The notes below the pieces were generated by a model that worked only from the letters and a program-made list of their open reading frames with translations, searched no databases and had not been told where the DNA came from. From a virus (lineage: Duplodnaviria > Heunggongvirae > Uroviricota > Caudoviricetes), in the IMG/VR virus record IMGVR_UViG_2778261164_000001, positions 1 through 64,000 of that record: a stretch of 64,000 nucleotides of DNA; one strand, 5' to 3'. This document shows positions 41,951-52,683 of this stretch, piece by piece. The stretch's first letter is position 1. The number at the start of each line of letters is the position of its first letter. A program made the position numbers and the translations under genes.

Positions 41951-42663
41951 TCACTATTACCAAAGAGCGACTACTGACAATCAAGCAGTGGCGCGAAACA
42001 TACGGACCTGGTAGCAACGTTGTACTGCCAGCAGAAGAGGCGGAAGAACTGGCACGAATTGCGCTGGCATCGCTGGAAGCAGATCCAGTTGCTTATATTT
42101 TCAAACATCCGGCCGGGAAATTATTCTGGTCTTTAACGGATGAAAGCAATAAAGAGCAAGCGGACGTTATTCCTGTTTATGCTGCCGCGCCTGCGTCGGT
42201 TGTGCCGGATAATGCATCAGAGCCTCTTGCTTATGCTTACAAAGAGCTTACGCCTGAGATTATGCGCAACCATTTAGCTGTATTCGAGCGATATGGAATA
42301 GCCCCAAACGATAGCTCTACCACAATTCAGGCACTGCGAATCGCGCTGGATGGCATAGAGCGGAGCGACGCCATGCTTCATGGTGCCGAACCTGTAAGCC
42401 AAACTTACAAGTTGAACCAGCTATCGGGCAACTCTCCGGCAACTCCGGATGGTTGGATAAGCTGTAGTGAGCGAATGCCGAATACCAAAACAGCCGTTCT
42501 TGTTGCCGTGGAGTTTGACAGGAAAGGTGACTGGCGAATGAAATGGGCTACTTACATCCCCGGGCATCCTGACGCTAATGATGGGTGGATAATTCCTGGT
42601 GCGTCGTGGAAACCGTCACACTGGATGCCGCTACCAGAACCGCCGCAGGAGGTGAATCAATGA
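41947..42663 (+). CDS. hypothetical protein
   Basis: 238-aa ORF with overlapping start/stop. Confidence 0.45.
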   Translation: MITITKERLLTIKQWRETYGPGSNVVLPAEEAEELARIALASLEADPVAYIFKHPAGKLFWSLTDESNKEQADVIPVYAAAPASVVPDNASEPLAYAYKELTPEIMRNHLAVFERYGIAPNDSSTTIQALRIALDGIERSDAMLHGAEPVSQTYKLNQLSGNSPATPDGWISCSERMPNTKTAVLVAVEFDRKGDWRMKWATYIPGHPDANDGWIIPGASWKPSHWMPLPEPPQEVNQ

Positions 42664-42727
42664 GCTGGCCTGAAGCATTCACCACGGTAGGAATTGTGAT
42701 GGCGGCAGCACTGGGTTTGTATTCAAT

Positions 42728-42979
42728 TTGTCGCTGGTGGTAACGATGGGAAAAATAACTTTTGTAGTCGAATTTGAGGATGGCAAAGAGCCACCTGTTA
42801 GCGCCAATCTTGATGTTGCTGGTGGCAGGCTGGTTTCGGTTCTATTTGGTGATTACCGCGACGACTTCTTTCAGCCTGAAGAAGTTGATGTAGTGCGAGA
42901 AGCATTAAACGAGCTAAGTGTTGATAACGATGATGCTCATGCGGAAATCATCAAAAAAATGGAACTGCTAACTCACTAA
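42728..42979 (+). CDS. small acidic hypothetical protein
   Basis: 83-aa ORF. Confidence 0.35.
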   Translation: MSLVVTMGKITFVVEFEDGKEPPVSANLDVAGGRLVSVLFGDYRDDFFQPEEVDVVREALNELSVDNDDAHAEIIKKMELLTH

Positions 42980-43027
42980 ATTATCAATTATGGTGCTATC
43001 ACCTACGACACCGAGAGAAAATTTATA

Positions 43028-43150
43028 ATGTCAAAAGTAAATGTTTTGATTTTTTCAGCAATTGTTGGCTTTGGTTTTACTGCCGGAGTGCAGATTTATA
43101 TTGCGTGGGAAAAAATCATCAACTACGCATGGAGTTGTTTTATTAAGTGA
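43028..43150 (+). CDS. small hydrophobic peptide (40 aa), candidate membrane peptide
   Basis: MSKVNVLIFSAIVGFGFTAGVQIYIAWEKIINYAWSCFIK; below ORF-track cut-off; AT-rich; weak RBS. Confidence 0.25.
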   Translation: MSKVNVLIFSAIVGFGFTAGVQIYIAWEKIINYAWSCFIK

Positions 43151-43157
43151 GGTAAGT

Positions 43158-43451
43158 ATGTGGAGAGGTAATAGTCATGGCAAAAGCCAGATGATACTTA
43201 CCGAATATAAGCTAGACCACAAAACCAATAAATCACGCTCAGTATATTTGCTCCGGCACAATAGCCGCGTAAGAAATACCGTGCTGGAACAAAATCTGAC
43301 AGTTGAAATGGATAATTACGGTGGATTCAAGCCAACAATTTCGCTTGATGATTTTCCTCGTGGTTTAAGCGAAAGAGAAGCAATGCTGAAATTAGCAGAA
43401 TGGCTACAAAGATTAAGCATTGCTATTGAAGATAACTGGTCTGAACCTTAA
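43158..43451 (+). CDS. hypothetical protein
   Basis: ATG at 43158 with GAGGT RBS; 97 aa; AT-rich. Confidence 0.4.
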   Translation: MWRGNSHGKSQMILTEYKLDHKTNKSRSVYLLRHNSRVRNTVLEQNLTVEMDNYGGFKPTISLDDFPRGLSEREAMLKLAEWLQRLSIAIEDNWSEP

Positions 43452-43457
43452 ATTTAT

Positions 43458-43832
43458 ATGATGACACTAAAACATTTTCTTGACCGCCCATTATGGGCGG
43501 CAGCCGCAGGCTATGACTTTAATTATATGGATTGCATGTCTTATACTGCCAATGCATACGACCATTCGTTCAGCCTGCTGTTTAATTCTTTAAGAATATT
43601 GCCGGAAACAGAAGTTGGAGAGCTTCATTTATGGATATTGGGCTTTATCGCGGCTGTCGTTGGTATTGCTGTATGGCCTTTTATTTTCTGGCTGGTGGCT
43701 GTTGTAGTGTGGTTTAAGTGCAAGACATACCGGAGAAAGTATTTCTTAGGTGATGGAATGACCGATATTGCCAAAATGAACATTGAAAAATGGACTAAGG
43801 AATGTGAAAAGAAATGGCGCAAAAAGAAATGA
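43458..43832 (+). CDS. membrane protein
   Basis: 124 aa; strongly hydrophobic WILGFIAAVVGIAVWPFIFWLVAVVVWF. Confidence 0.45.
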   Translation: MMTLKHFLDRPLWAAAAGYDFNYMDCMSYTANAYDHSFSLLFNSLRILPETEVGELHLWILGFIAAVVGIAVWPFIFWLVAVVVWFKCKTYRRKYFLGDGMTDIAKMNIEKWTKECEKKWRKKK

Positions 43833-44488
43833 CTACTCTAACGACAGCATACTTACAGCAATTGGTATTTTTTGCAGGCGAGGCTACTTGTCATCCTGAC
43901 GCAAACTATTTATTGGAATTTGAGAGGTTAGCGTCACCCGGTATCGTTCTGGAACTGGCCCAACAGGTGCTGGCCTTGAGACAAAAAGAGCAACATGAAA
44001 GTAATACGTGTAGATTGAATTTTGAGCAGTGGCTGGAACAGCAACGCGGAAAAATCGATGTGGACTGTGGTTGTGTGTCCACTGAAACATTCATGCACTG
44101 GCTGCGGGTAGCTTACGAGGCTGGCAACTATCCGGATATTCCGGATAGTTCGGTGCCAGCGCCAGGAAAGGGCGTCACCGGTGAACGTATCCGCATTAAG
44201 CCGCATGTTTATCGCGAACTGGTTAACCGTCTCCACGATACAGCGATCAAGTGTGCTGGCACCCAGCAATTACGAGAAAGAATTAGCCGTGTTTTGGGCG
44301 ACGTTATTACGCCAGATCATCATAAACAAGCCGAGAAAAGTGACCTGGAAAGGTGTCACCTTGAGGCGGCATTAAACATTAAGCCGGGGCATACGCTTGG
44401 CATTATCGATGCTCTGTTGGTTCATAAGATGGCCAGGGCTTTATTGTCGTTGGTGGACGCTGGTGATACAAGCGAGGGTGAAGTATGA
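43814..44488 (+). CDS. hypothetical protein
   Basis: 224-aa ORF. Confidence 0.45.
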   Translation: MAQKEMTTLTTAYLQQLVFFAGEATCHPDANYLLEFERLASPGIVLELAQQVLALRQKEQHESNTCRLNFEQWLEQQRGKIDVDCGCVSTETFMHWLRVAYEAGNYPDIPDSSVPAPGKGVTGERIRIKPHVYRELVNRLHDTAIKCAGTQQLRERISRVLGDVITPDHHKQAEKSDLERCHLEAALNIKPGHTLGIIDALLVHKMARALLSLVDAGDTSEGEV

Positions 44489-44847
44489 GAGTTGCAGATC
44501 ACATCAAACACCTTGAAAGAATTATCGAAAACGGTGAACTCTTAAGAGATCAGATGAGACGCACGGCAGAAGCCAGGGAGGCGATAATCCGCAGTCAGGC
44601 TGGTAAATTAAAGCAATTGTCAGAGATTAACACGCTATACAAGAACAGACGTAACCGGGCGGTGATGCGGCTTCAGAAAGCACGTAATGAAATTAAATTG
44701 GTGGAGGCAAAACTGAAAAAACAGATCCAGCGTTACGATCAGCAAGATGCTTTTTATGCCGCCATCAAGGCGGCTGCTAATGAAATAGGCATCTGGAAGT
44801 TGCTGGTGGAGAAAGCAAAGACGAAGTTAAATGCCAACGAAAGCTGA
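44485..44847 (+). CDS. hypothetical coiled-coil protein
   Basis: 120-aa ORF; last gene of the plus-strand operon. Confidence 0.45.
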   Translation: MRVADHIKHLERIIENGELLRDQMRRTAEAREAIIRSQAGKLKQLSEINTLYKNRRNRAVMRLQKARNEIKLVEAKLKKQIQRYDQQDAFYAAIKAAANEIGIWKLLVEKAKTKLNANES

Positions 44848-44922
44848 ACTACAGGTGCCCACCAGCACATACAGAAAATGATTGTTTCCACATCAAGGAG
44901 ATTTTAATGTTTCACTGAAACA

Positions 44923-45060
44923 TTAAGTAAGCCAGTGCATAATTCCATTTTTTACTGACCTTAAAAGCAAAATCAAAACGATGATGAGGATAATAGCCAG
45001 AATCTGGCTAATAATAGGCGCATCTAAAAATGCACTCAGGAACTGAAAAAAAGCGTTCAT
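44923..45060 (-). CDS. small hydrophobic peptide (45 aa)
   Basis: MNAFFQFLSAFLDAPIISQILAIILIIVLILLLRSVKNGIMHWLT; AGGAA RBS 8 nt upstream; in AT-rich intergenic region. Confidence 0.25.
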   Translation of the reverse strand: MNAFFQFLSAFLDAPIISQILAIILIIVLILLLRSVKNGIMHWLT

Positions 45061-45921
45061 TCAGGTGGTTCCTTGTCAAATGTAAAGGTGCACTTGCTCA
45101 CGTTGACGTAGAAACCCAACCCCTATATAGTTGGATTCGGTGAATGAAAGTCGTTAACGTGAGCTTACGGCACATGTTTTCGGAAAAACATCAGGGAACG
45201 GCTAATTCCTTGATGCGGGTGGGGTCTGTAATGCAGACCCTATCTATTAACGTCATGATTGCATCTCAAATTTTCTCCTTATCTTCAATTAATCTACATT
45301 CATTTCATCTGTTAGCCACCACAATATGTAGAAAATGGCCCTCTTGCAAGTGCATAACTTTGTGGATAACTCAGGAAGGAAAAAGTGGCTTTCGCGCACC
45401 TTCGGTCAGACAAGGTGTCCGGGAAAGTCAACGCAAAGAAAAAATTGTTAAAAATAACGTTTGTTGGAATTGTATATTTTTATCCCCTTCAATGGTTAGC
45501 ATTCTATTAACATCTTTTTTTAGAGACAGAAAAACATATCGTAACAACATATATACAGTATTAAGAGGCGAGTATTATCCTGCGGTGGGAATTCTGGGCG
45601 CTGTTAGATTCGACTTTCTCAGCAGGATTACATCGTCAACTTGCGACGTTGCCGTATGACTTTCGTGTAATAGGTGACAATGATGCGGCTAGTGAGTTAC
45701 TTGTGAAGTTTTTCGGAAAAGGTTTTGTGGCCTCGGATCTTGATGAGCTACAGCAACATGAAGTGTCTAATTTGATTTTTAGCCATAGCCAATAAGCCTC
45801 CCTCCTCCATCAAGGCCACAATTTGTGACCTTAAACAATTTGTTTTCTGCTTTTTCTTATTTGAGAAAATAACGTTGTTGACAGCTAATAGGCTCGTTGT
45901 TGTTATACATGCCTGTATAGA

Positions 45922-46278
45922 TTATGACCGTAAATTATTAGCGGATTTTAAGCCATATTCACCGTTGTAGAAATTACTCATGTTCCATTCATTAGGAAGT
46001 TCTTTTCTGTCCAATGTATAGTGGCGCACGATATAACGATCTTCATCTTCTTCGATGGACAGGCGGACATAGCCAATGTGAATCACCGATACGGGCGGTG
46101 TTCGTATTGCATAGATGTCGCGGAGATATACCGGCAGCTCGACAAATGCATCAGGTGCATCTGTGATGCTCGTTTTTTCACAGTATTCATATAACGCATC
46201 GTTGATATCGTTAAGAGATTCATGATCGTATATTTCCAGGTAATTACCGCGATCGCGATGGTACTCGATTTTAGCCAT
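45922..46278 (-). CDS. hypothetical protein
   Basis: 118-aa ORF immediately after the 194-aa gene. Confidence 0.4.
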   Translation of the reverse strand: MAKIEYHRDRGNYLEIYDHESLNDINDALYEYCEKTSITDAPDAFVELPVYLRDIYAIRTPPVSVIHIGYVRLSIEEDEDRYIVRHYTLDRKELPNEWNMSNFYNGEYGLKSANNLRS

Positions 46279-46863
46279 TCAAAATCCCCTGTTATCGTTT
46301 TGCATTTCTCTAATCCGGTTCAGAACTACTTCGTGCTGGACTTGGATAGCGGCTTTTTCGTTTTCAAGCCGGGCAATAGACATCTCTAATTCTTTGCTGT
46401 ACCAGGCGAGCTGGGCCAGGTTCATCCGGTTGTGGTCGAGAGTTGGAGACACTTCGACGCGATCCCTTTCTTCCTGCTTTAATGAGAAGAGATTCATCTC
46501 ATCCCTTGAGGAAAATTCAGCAACAATTTCTTGTTGATGATCCGGTCGCTGCGGCATCCTCGCCAGTATAAATGGCGGTTCTTTTGAAAACATGAATGAC
46601 GGTTTAGACCGTGTTTTGACCCATCTAGCTTGCTGTCTTTCGGCAAGTTCACAGGCTTCATCATAGTTATCTACAAAACCAAGCACGGATGGACGGTCCC
46701 ACGCGCCACCATTCAGACAATAAACAAGAATTTTCCCGTCAGGTTCTGTAACTCCATAGGGATGGTCCCACCAGGCGTCCAGCTGGGCTTTGGAGCGTTT
46801 CTCGTTAGGAGTGCAGTCAAAATTTTTGGGCAATGCAGGATCGAGAGGAATGCGGGCAGGCAT
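46279..46863 (-). CDS. hypothetical protein
   Basis: 194-aa ORF divergent from humD. Confidence 0.45.
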   Translation of the reverse strand: MPARIPLDPALPKNFDCTPNEKRSKAQLDAWWDHPYGVTEPDGKILVYCLNGGAWDRPSVLGFVDNYDEACELAERQQARWVKTRSKPSFMFSKEPPFILARMPQRPDHQQEIVAEFSSRDEMNLFSLKQEERDRVEVSPTLDHNRMNLAQLAWYSKELEMSIARLENEKAAIQVQHEVVLNRIREMQNDNRGF

Positions 46864-47036
46864 GGCTAATTCCTTATTAATTGATTAGTAACGAGGTTAC
46901 GCTGATCCAGCGGTGATGAATAGTAGCAAAGCGCACAAAGTCATCAGAGGGGTTAAGATCCATAACGCGTTTGCACCAAAGGTGTCTCTTTAATGTATAC
47001 TGTATAAATGAACAGTATTATTGAGGTGAAAACGCT

Positions 47037-47426
47037 ATGGGCTTCCCTTCTCCTGCGGCGGATTATGTTGAAAGCCGAATTTCTCTTGATCAGCAACTAA
47101 TCAGGCATCCATCAGCAACCTACTTCATGCGGGCAGCTGATAGCCATCACCGTGAGGGAATATTGCAGGGTGCTTTGCTGGTGGTTGATTCTTCGCTTAC
47201 TCCAGTTGATGGTTCGCTGCTTGTGTGCGCTATGGAGGGTGAATATCGCATAAAGAGATACCGAAAGTATCCGCGCCAGCACCTGGAGGATTTAAGCACC
47301 GGGAAGAAAGAGGCGTTACCAGTAGATGACGATGGATGCACGGGCAGTAATGCTGTGTTTGGTGTGATCACTCATGTCATTAATGATGCCCGAAGTGGGG
47401 AATTTGATGATTGTCCGGTGATTTAA
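47037..47426 (+). CDS. humD: UmuD-like protein
   Basis: 129 aa, UmuD-prime-like; position before phd-doc as in P1. Confidence 0.75.
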   Translation: MGFPSPAADYVESRISLDQQLIRHPSATYFMRAADSHHREGILQGALLVVDSSLTPVDGSLLVCAMEGEYRIKRYRKYPRQHLEDLSTGKKEALPVDDDGCTGSNAVFGVITHVINDARSGEFDDCPVI

Positions 47427-47498
47427 GCTGCAAAGTGCTGGTGCTTTATGCCTGTGACGTTTATAATTGTGTACACATAACGAGTACACGAGGTGTTT

Positions 47499-47720
47499 AT
47501 GCAATCCATTAACTTCCGTACCGCGCGCGGCAACCTTTCTGAAGTGCTCAACAATGTTGAAGCCGGGGAAGAGGTTGAAATCACCCGCAGAGGCCGTGAG
47601 CCAGCAGTAATTGTCAGCAAGGCTACTTTCGAAGCCTACAAAAAAGCGGCGCTGGATGCTGAATTTGCATCCCTGTTTGACACCCTGGACTCCACCAACA
47701 AGGAACTGGTTAACCGATAA
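47499..47720 (+). CDS. phd: Phd antitoxin
   Basis: 73-aa product [39 protein letters not shown]... matches P1 Phd. Confidence 0.93.
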
Positions 47721-48100
47721 TGAGGCATATATCACCGGAAGAACTTATTGCGCTTCATGATGCGAATATAAGCCGCTACGGCGGCCTGCCTGGCATGTCA
47801 GATCCGGGCAGGGCAGAGGCCATTATCGGGAGAGTTCAGGCCAGAGTTGCCTACGAAGAGATCACCGACCTTTTCGAAGTCTCCGCCACCTACCTAGTGG
47901 CTACAGCGAGAGGGCATATATTCAATGATGCCAATAAGCGTACCGCGCTAAACAGCGCGCTGCTATTTCTACGCCGTAACGGGGTGCAGGTATTTGATTC
48001 ACCTGAACTGGCAGACCTTACTGTAGGCGCTGCGACTGGCGAGATATCTGTATCTTCTGTCGCCGACACGTTACGTAGATTGTATGGTTCTGCGGAGTAG
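47720..48100 (+). CDS. doc: Doc toxin (Fic-fold kinase)
   Basis: 126 aa; start overlaps phd stop (ATGA); sequence matches P1 Doc. Confidence 0.93.
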
Positions 48101-48104
48101 ATTA

Positions 48105-48284
48105 ATGGCACGTAAATACAACAAGTTGTCCCGTGAAGCGTTAAAGATGCTTCTTGATGGCGTGAGTCGCCGCGAGGTAAAGCAATACCTGGTTGGTAAG
48201 CAAGTTGGTGTCAGGACCGCTATTGCTGTGTTATGCCGTCAGGAAATGGTTGTGCTTAAACAGAGAATGCCGGGCAGCAGATAA
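48105..48284 (+). CDS. small protein downstream of doc
   Basis: ATG at 48105 with GGAG RBS (59 aa); ORF-track start 48084 is the alternative. Confidence 0.35.
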   Translation: MARKYNKLSREALKMLLDGVSRREVKQYLVGKQVGVRTAIAVLCRQEMVVLKQRMPGSR

Positions 48285-48311
48285 AGCCCAATCAGTGATG
48301 AAAGGTGTGAT

Positions 48312-49355
48312 GTGAAAGCCGTAATTACTCCCTTTGTACAAAAAGAGCTTGGCGTCGCCACATTCAAAGTGGATCAGGAGGTCAGAAAGCTGGTGGAGGC
48401 TGGCCGTAAATTTATTATGGAGCCGGTGCCGCGTGAGTTAATCGAGCACATGGACGACGGCCTCGTTGTTTCCGAGCAAACTATGGCAACAAATGAGGCG
48501 TTGCAGCCGTTTTTTAACAGCGATGAACTGTTTCGCCGTATTGGTGGGATTGACTCGCTGGTGGCGTGGTTGCGCAGGAAAGAGGGGCAATGCCAGGCCG
48601 CAGATCGTAGTTGGTGTGACAACCATATTGTCCACGCTGAACGAGACAATAGCGCGGTGTTGTTGTGCTGGCATCACGATAACCATTACCGGATGCGTGG
48701 TTTTAATGAGCTGAAAGAAACGCTGCATAATAATCGCGTTAACTGGATACTGGATGTCGCCCGTCAGGAAATGGGGCTTTCAGATGGCCATGATTTAAGT
48801 ATTCAGGAACTGTGCTGGTGGGCTTTCATGCGCAACATGATGCACCTGATGCCGGAAGAAGTTTGCCGTATATCAATAAATAAGATGAAAGCCGCAACGC
48901 AGGATAGCGGACCTCTGAAAGAGGCGGATATTCGCCCGTATGACGATCGCGCTACAGCATATGTTCAGATGATGGAAGAACGCGCCGCGCCGATGCGTGC
49001 AAAAGTATGCCCTGTGGATGTTGACTCCGACCCTGGCATGGCGCATTTCAAAATACCAAAACTGCAATCGCTAAAATTACCTGAGTACATGGACTTTGTT
49101 GCTTCCCGTCCATGCTGTGGGTGTGGAGCGGCGGGAGCTGGCGCTCACATTATGCCTTATATCGTTCGTCATAGTCGATTATGCGCGCATGACATTTACG
49201 CAATTCCTCTGTGCCAGTCATGCCAGCGTGATATTGAGCGTGACCGCGATAATTGGGAGAAGACGCACGGTAGGCTGGCGATGCATCAACGATTGTTCTT
49301 TGATTACGCGCTTGGAGTCGGCGCTATCACAAGTCACTCGTCGAGCGTTAGATAA
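48312..49355 (+). CDS. Cys-rich protein downstream of doc (P1 pdcB position)
   Basis: 347 aa with several C-x2-C pairs. Confidence 0.5.
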   Translation: MKAVITPFVQKELGVATFKVDQEVRKLVEAGRKFIMEPVPRELIEHMDDGLVVSEQTMATNEALQPFFNSDELFRRIGGIDSLVAWLRRKEGQCQAADRSWCDNHIVHAERDNSAVLLCWHHDNHYRMRGFNELKETLHNNRVNWILDVARQEMGLSDGHDLSIQELCWWAFMRNMMHLMPEEVCRISINKMKAATQDSGPLKEADIRPYDDRATAYVQMMEERAAPMRAKVCPVDVDSDPGMAHFKIPKLQSLKLPEYMDFVASRPCCGCGAAGAGAHIMPYIVRHSRLCAHDIYAIPLCQSCQRDIERDRDNWEKTHGRLAMHQRLFFDYALGVGAITSHSSSVR

Positions 49356-49356
49356 A

Positions 49357-49373
49357 ATTGCTCTAATGTATTG
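49357..49373 (+). promoter_or_regulatory. C1 operator-like 17-mer (ATTGCTCTAATGTATTG) upstream of lpa
   Basis: Conserved ATTGCTCTAAT half; fits the known C1 control of the late activator gene. Confidence 0.5.
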
Positions 49374-49443
49374 CTATTTCTTTAATCGATGGTATTATAT
49401 TCCACGTTGATTAGTTGACATGGGCTAATCAGTAGGTGACAGG

Positions 49444-49896
49444 ATGTTACTTAACTGGCAGGGACGCCACTTCATGGAAATAAATCACTCACGAATAACA
49501 TCGTACGAGATTGCGGATTACATGATCCGCACTAAATCTCTTCTATCAGCGAAAGAACTCGCAGCAATTCTTGAAAAGGAATACCCGCATCTGGATGTCG
49601 ATAAGCGCGATGTTTATCTGCGCTTAAAGGCTATCGCTGTGTCTAAGTATTCGTCTGTTTTGATTGATGACAGTACACGCCCACGTAGATTTCAGATCCA
49701 CTCTCTGAATCCTGAATTCTTTCGCCGTAGCCGCGCTCCGCGCCGGTTTGATGAAAAACTCCAGAACGAACTCTATATGACGCAGGACGAAAAGGAACGC
49801 CGGGAGCACCAGCCTTGGGTAATGGCGCGTCAACTTTTCAATAAGGTGGCCCGTCAGCACCGTCATTACGGTAATGCCACATCCGCACGTATCTGA
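49444..49896 (+). CDS. lpa: late promoter activator Lpa
   Basis: 150-aa ORF with AGGTGA RBS, immediately upstream of pacA. Confidence 0.65.
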   Translation: MLLNWQGRHFMEINHSRITSYEIADYMIRTKSLLSAKELAAILEKEYPHLDVDKRDVYLRLKAIAVSKYSSVLIDDSTRPRRFQIHSLNPEFFRRSRAPRRFDEKLQNELYMTQDEKERREHQPWVMARQLFNKVARQHRHYGNATSARI

Positions 49897-49981
49897 TTGA
49901 TTGCTTGCCCGTTCCGGGCCTTTTGACATGTGACTTTCGTTACCCTCGCGTCAAAAAGAGTTTTTACGAAAGGAAGCATAA

Positions 49982-51175
49982 GTGACCTGGGACGATCACA
50001 AGAAGAATTTTGCTCGCCTGGCGCGAGATGGTGGTTACACCATCGCACAGTATGCCGCCGAGTTTAATCTTAACCCTAATACTGCACGTCGTTATCTCCG
50101 TGCCTTCAAAGAAGACACCAGGACAGCGGACAGCCGCAAGCCAAATAAGCCAGTCAGGAAGCCACTAAAAAGCATGATCATTGATCACTCTAATGATCAA
50201 CATGCAGGTGATCACATTGCGGCTGAAATAGCGGAAAAACAAAGGGTTAATGCCGTTGTCAGTGCCGCAGTCGAGAATGCGAAGCGCCAAAATAAGCGCA
50301 TAAATGATCGTTCTGATGATCATGACGTGATCACCCGCGCCCACCGGACCTTACGTGATCGCCTGGAACGCGACACCCTGGATGATGATGGTGAACGCTT
50401 TGAATTCGAAGCTGGCGATTACCTGATAGATAACGTTGAAGCGCGGAAGGCCGCGCGCGCTATGTTGCGTCGGTCCGGGGCCGATGTTCTGGAAACCACT
50501 CTTCTGGAAAAGTCTCTTTCTCATCTCCTTATGCTGGAGAATGCCAGGGATACGTGTATTCGTCTGGTGCAGGAAATGCGCGATCAGCAAAAAGACGATG
50601 ATGAAGGGACTCCGCCTGAATATCGTATCGCGAGCATGCTAAACAGCTGTTCCGCGCAGATAAGCAGCCTGATCAACACCATTTACAGCATCCGGAATAA
50701 CTATCGAAAAGAAAGCCGGGAGGCGGAAAAGCACGCTTTATCTATGGGGCAAGCTGGCATTGTTAAGCTGGCATACGAACGAAAGCGTGAAAATAACTGG
50801 TCAGTGCTGGAAGCAGCTGAATTCATCGAGGCGCATGGCGGAAAAGTGCCGCCCCTGATGCTGGAGCAAATCAAAGCCGATCTGCGTGCTCCTAAGACCA
50901 ATACCGATGATGAGGAAAGGCAAACAGCCGTCGGTGGCCCTTCTCTTGAAGATCTGGACAAAGTTGCGCGAGAACGGGCCGCCAACCGCCGCGCCGATGC
51001 CGCATTGTGGATTGAGCAGCGTAGGGAAGAAATCGCCGATATCGTTGATACAGGCGGTTATGGAGATGTTGATACTGAAGGTGTATCAAACGACCCATGG
51101 CTGGAACAAGACCTGGACGAAGACGAGGAGGAAGACGAAGAAGTTACCCGCAAGCTATACGGGGATGATGATTAA
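49982..51175 (+). CDS. pacA: terminase small subunit PacA
   Basis: 397 aa, the size of P1 PacA; contains the pac site; acidic C-terminus. Confidence 0.9.
   Translation: MTWDDHKKNFARLARDGGYTIAQYAAEFNLNPNTARRYLRAFKEDTRTADSRKPNKPVRKPLKSMIIDHSNDQHAGDHIAAEIAEKQRVNAVVSAAVENAKRQNKRINDRSDDHDVITRAHRTLRDRLERDTLDDDGERFEFEAGDYLIDNVEARKAARAMLRRSGADVLETTLLEKSLSHLLMLENARDTCIRLVQEMRDQQKDDDEGTPPEYRIASMLNSCSAQISSLINTIYSIRNNYRKESREAEKHALSMGQAGIVKLAYERKRENNWSVLEAAEFIEAHGGKVPPLMLEQIKADLRAPKTNTDDEERQTAVGGPSLEDLDKVARERAANRRADAALWIEQRREEIADIVDTGGYGDVDTEGVSNDPWLEQDLDEDEEEDEEVTRKLYGDDD
50175..50333 (+). other. pac: pac packaging site (hexanucleotide TGATCA/G elements, Dam GATC sites)
   Basis: Four TGATCA elements at 50175-50214 and three to four at 50305-50333 flanking a central region. 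Confidence 0.85.
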
Positions 51176-52659
51176 TGGCCAGAAGTTGCGTAACGGATCC
51201 ACGTTGGCGCGAGCTGGTGGCGCTATATCGTTATGACTGGATTGCTGCCGCTGATGTTTTGTTCGGCAAAACACCTACCTGGCAGCAGGATCTGATTATT
51301 GAGTCTGTGCAGGAACAGGGTAGCAAGACATCTGTTTCGTCTGGTCACGGTACCGGGAAATCAGACATGACTTCTATCATGATCATGTTGTTCATAATCA
51401 TGTATCCCGGTGCCCGCGCCATTATCGTTGCGAACAAAATTCAGCAGGTAATGACCGGTATATTCAAGTACATCAAGATAAACTGGGCTACTGCCACCAG
51501 CCGTTTTCCATGGCTTGCTGATTATTTTGTTCTGACAGAAACCGCTTTCTATGAGGTTACTGGTAAAGGTGTATGGACTGTAGTACCGAAGGGCTTTCGT
51601 CTGGGAAGTGAAGAAGCTCTCGCCGGTGAACACGCAGATCATCTTCTGTATATTATCGATGAAGCCTCCGGTGTCAGTGATAGAGCTTTCGGTATCATCA
51701 CCGGTGCTCTTACCGGACAGGATAACCGCATCTTATTACTGTCACAGCCTACACGCCCAAGCGGCTATTTCTACGATACTCACCATAAACTGGCCAAGCG
51801 TCCTGGTAACCCTGATGGCGTTTATACGGCGATCACGCTTAACAGTGAGGAATCACCGCTGGTAACGCCAGCATTTATCAAAATGAAGCTGGCGGAGTAC
51901 GGCGGGCGTGATAACCCTATGTACATGATTAAGGTACGCGGACTATTCCCTAAATCACAGGATGGCTTCCTTCTTGGACGTGATGAGGTTGAACGTGCGA
52001 CGCGGCGGAAAGTCAAGATTGCCAAAGGATGGGGCTGGCTTGCATGTGTGGACGTTGCTGGTGGTACGGGACGGGATAAGTCCGTTATCAATATCATGAT
52101 GGTGTCCGGCCAGAGAAATAAACGCCGTGTAATCAACTATCGAATGCTGGAATACACAGACGTTACAGAAACGCAGCTTGCCGCCAAAATTTTCGCAGAA
52201 TGTAATCCTGAGCGATTCCCAAATATCACCATAGCGATAGACGGCGATGGGCTGGGTAAAGCAACGGCGGATCTGATGTACGAGTATTATGGTATTACCG
52301 TACAGCGTATACGCTGGGGTAAAAAGATGCATAGCCGTGAAGATAAGAGCCTGTACTTTGATAAACGTGCTTATGCCAACGTTCAAGCCGCAGAGGCCGT
52401 AAAATCAGGTCGTATGAGACTGGATAAGGGTAATGAAACTATTGAGGAAGCGTCGAAAATCCCTGTAGGGATTAACTCCGCAGGTCAATGGAAGGTGATG
52501 AGTAAGGAGGATATGAAGAAAAAACTCAACCTGCACTCACCAGACCATTGGGATACATATTGTTTCGCTATGCTGGCGGATTATGTTCCCCAGGATGAAG
52601 TGCTTAGCGTCGAAGACGAAGCGCAGGTTGATGAAGCTCTGGCATGGCTTAATGAATAA
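51175..52659 (+). CDS. pacB: terminase large subunit PacB
   Basis: 494 aa; start overlaps pacA stop. Confidence 0.9.
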   Translation: MARSCVTDPRWRELVALYRYDWIAAADVLFGKTPTWQQDLIIESVQEQGSKTSVSSGHGTGKSDMTSIMIMLFIIMYPGARAIIVANKIQQVMTGIFKYIKINWATATSRFPWLADYFVLTETAFYEVTGKGVWTVVPKGFRLGSEEALAGEHADHLLYIIDEASGVSDRAFGIITGALTGQDNRILLLSQPTRPSGYFYDTHHKLAKRPGNPDGVYTAITLNSEESPLVTPAFIKMKLAEYGGRDNPMYMIKVRGLFPKSQDGFLLGRDEVERATRRKVKIAKGWGWLACVDVAGGTGRDKSVINIMMVSGQRNKRRVINYRMLEYTDVTETQLAAKIFAECNPERFPNITIAIDGDGLGKATADLMYEYYGITVQRIRWGKKMHSREDKSLYFDKRAYANVQAAEAVKSGRMRLDKGNETIEEASKIPVGINSAGQWKVMSKEDMKKKLNLHSPDHWDTYCFAMLADYVPQDEVLSVEDEAQVDEALAWLNE

Positions 52660-52683
52660 CTCATTGACCATGCCGGATGGAAA

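Noticed and set aside
45144-45659. 171-aa plus-strand ORF
   Set aside because: Low-complexity, Cys/Ser/Trp-rich translation in an AT-rich intergenic region with no RBS; treated as noncoding.
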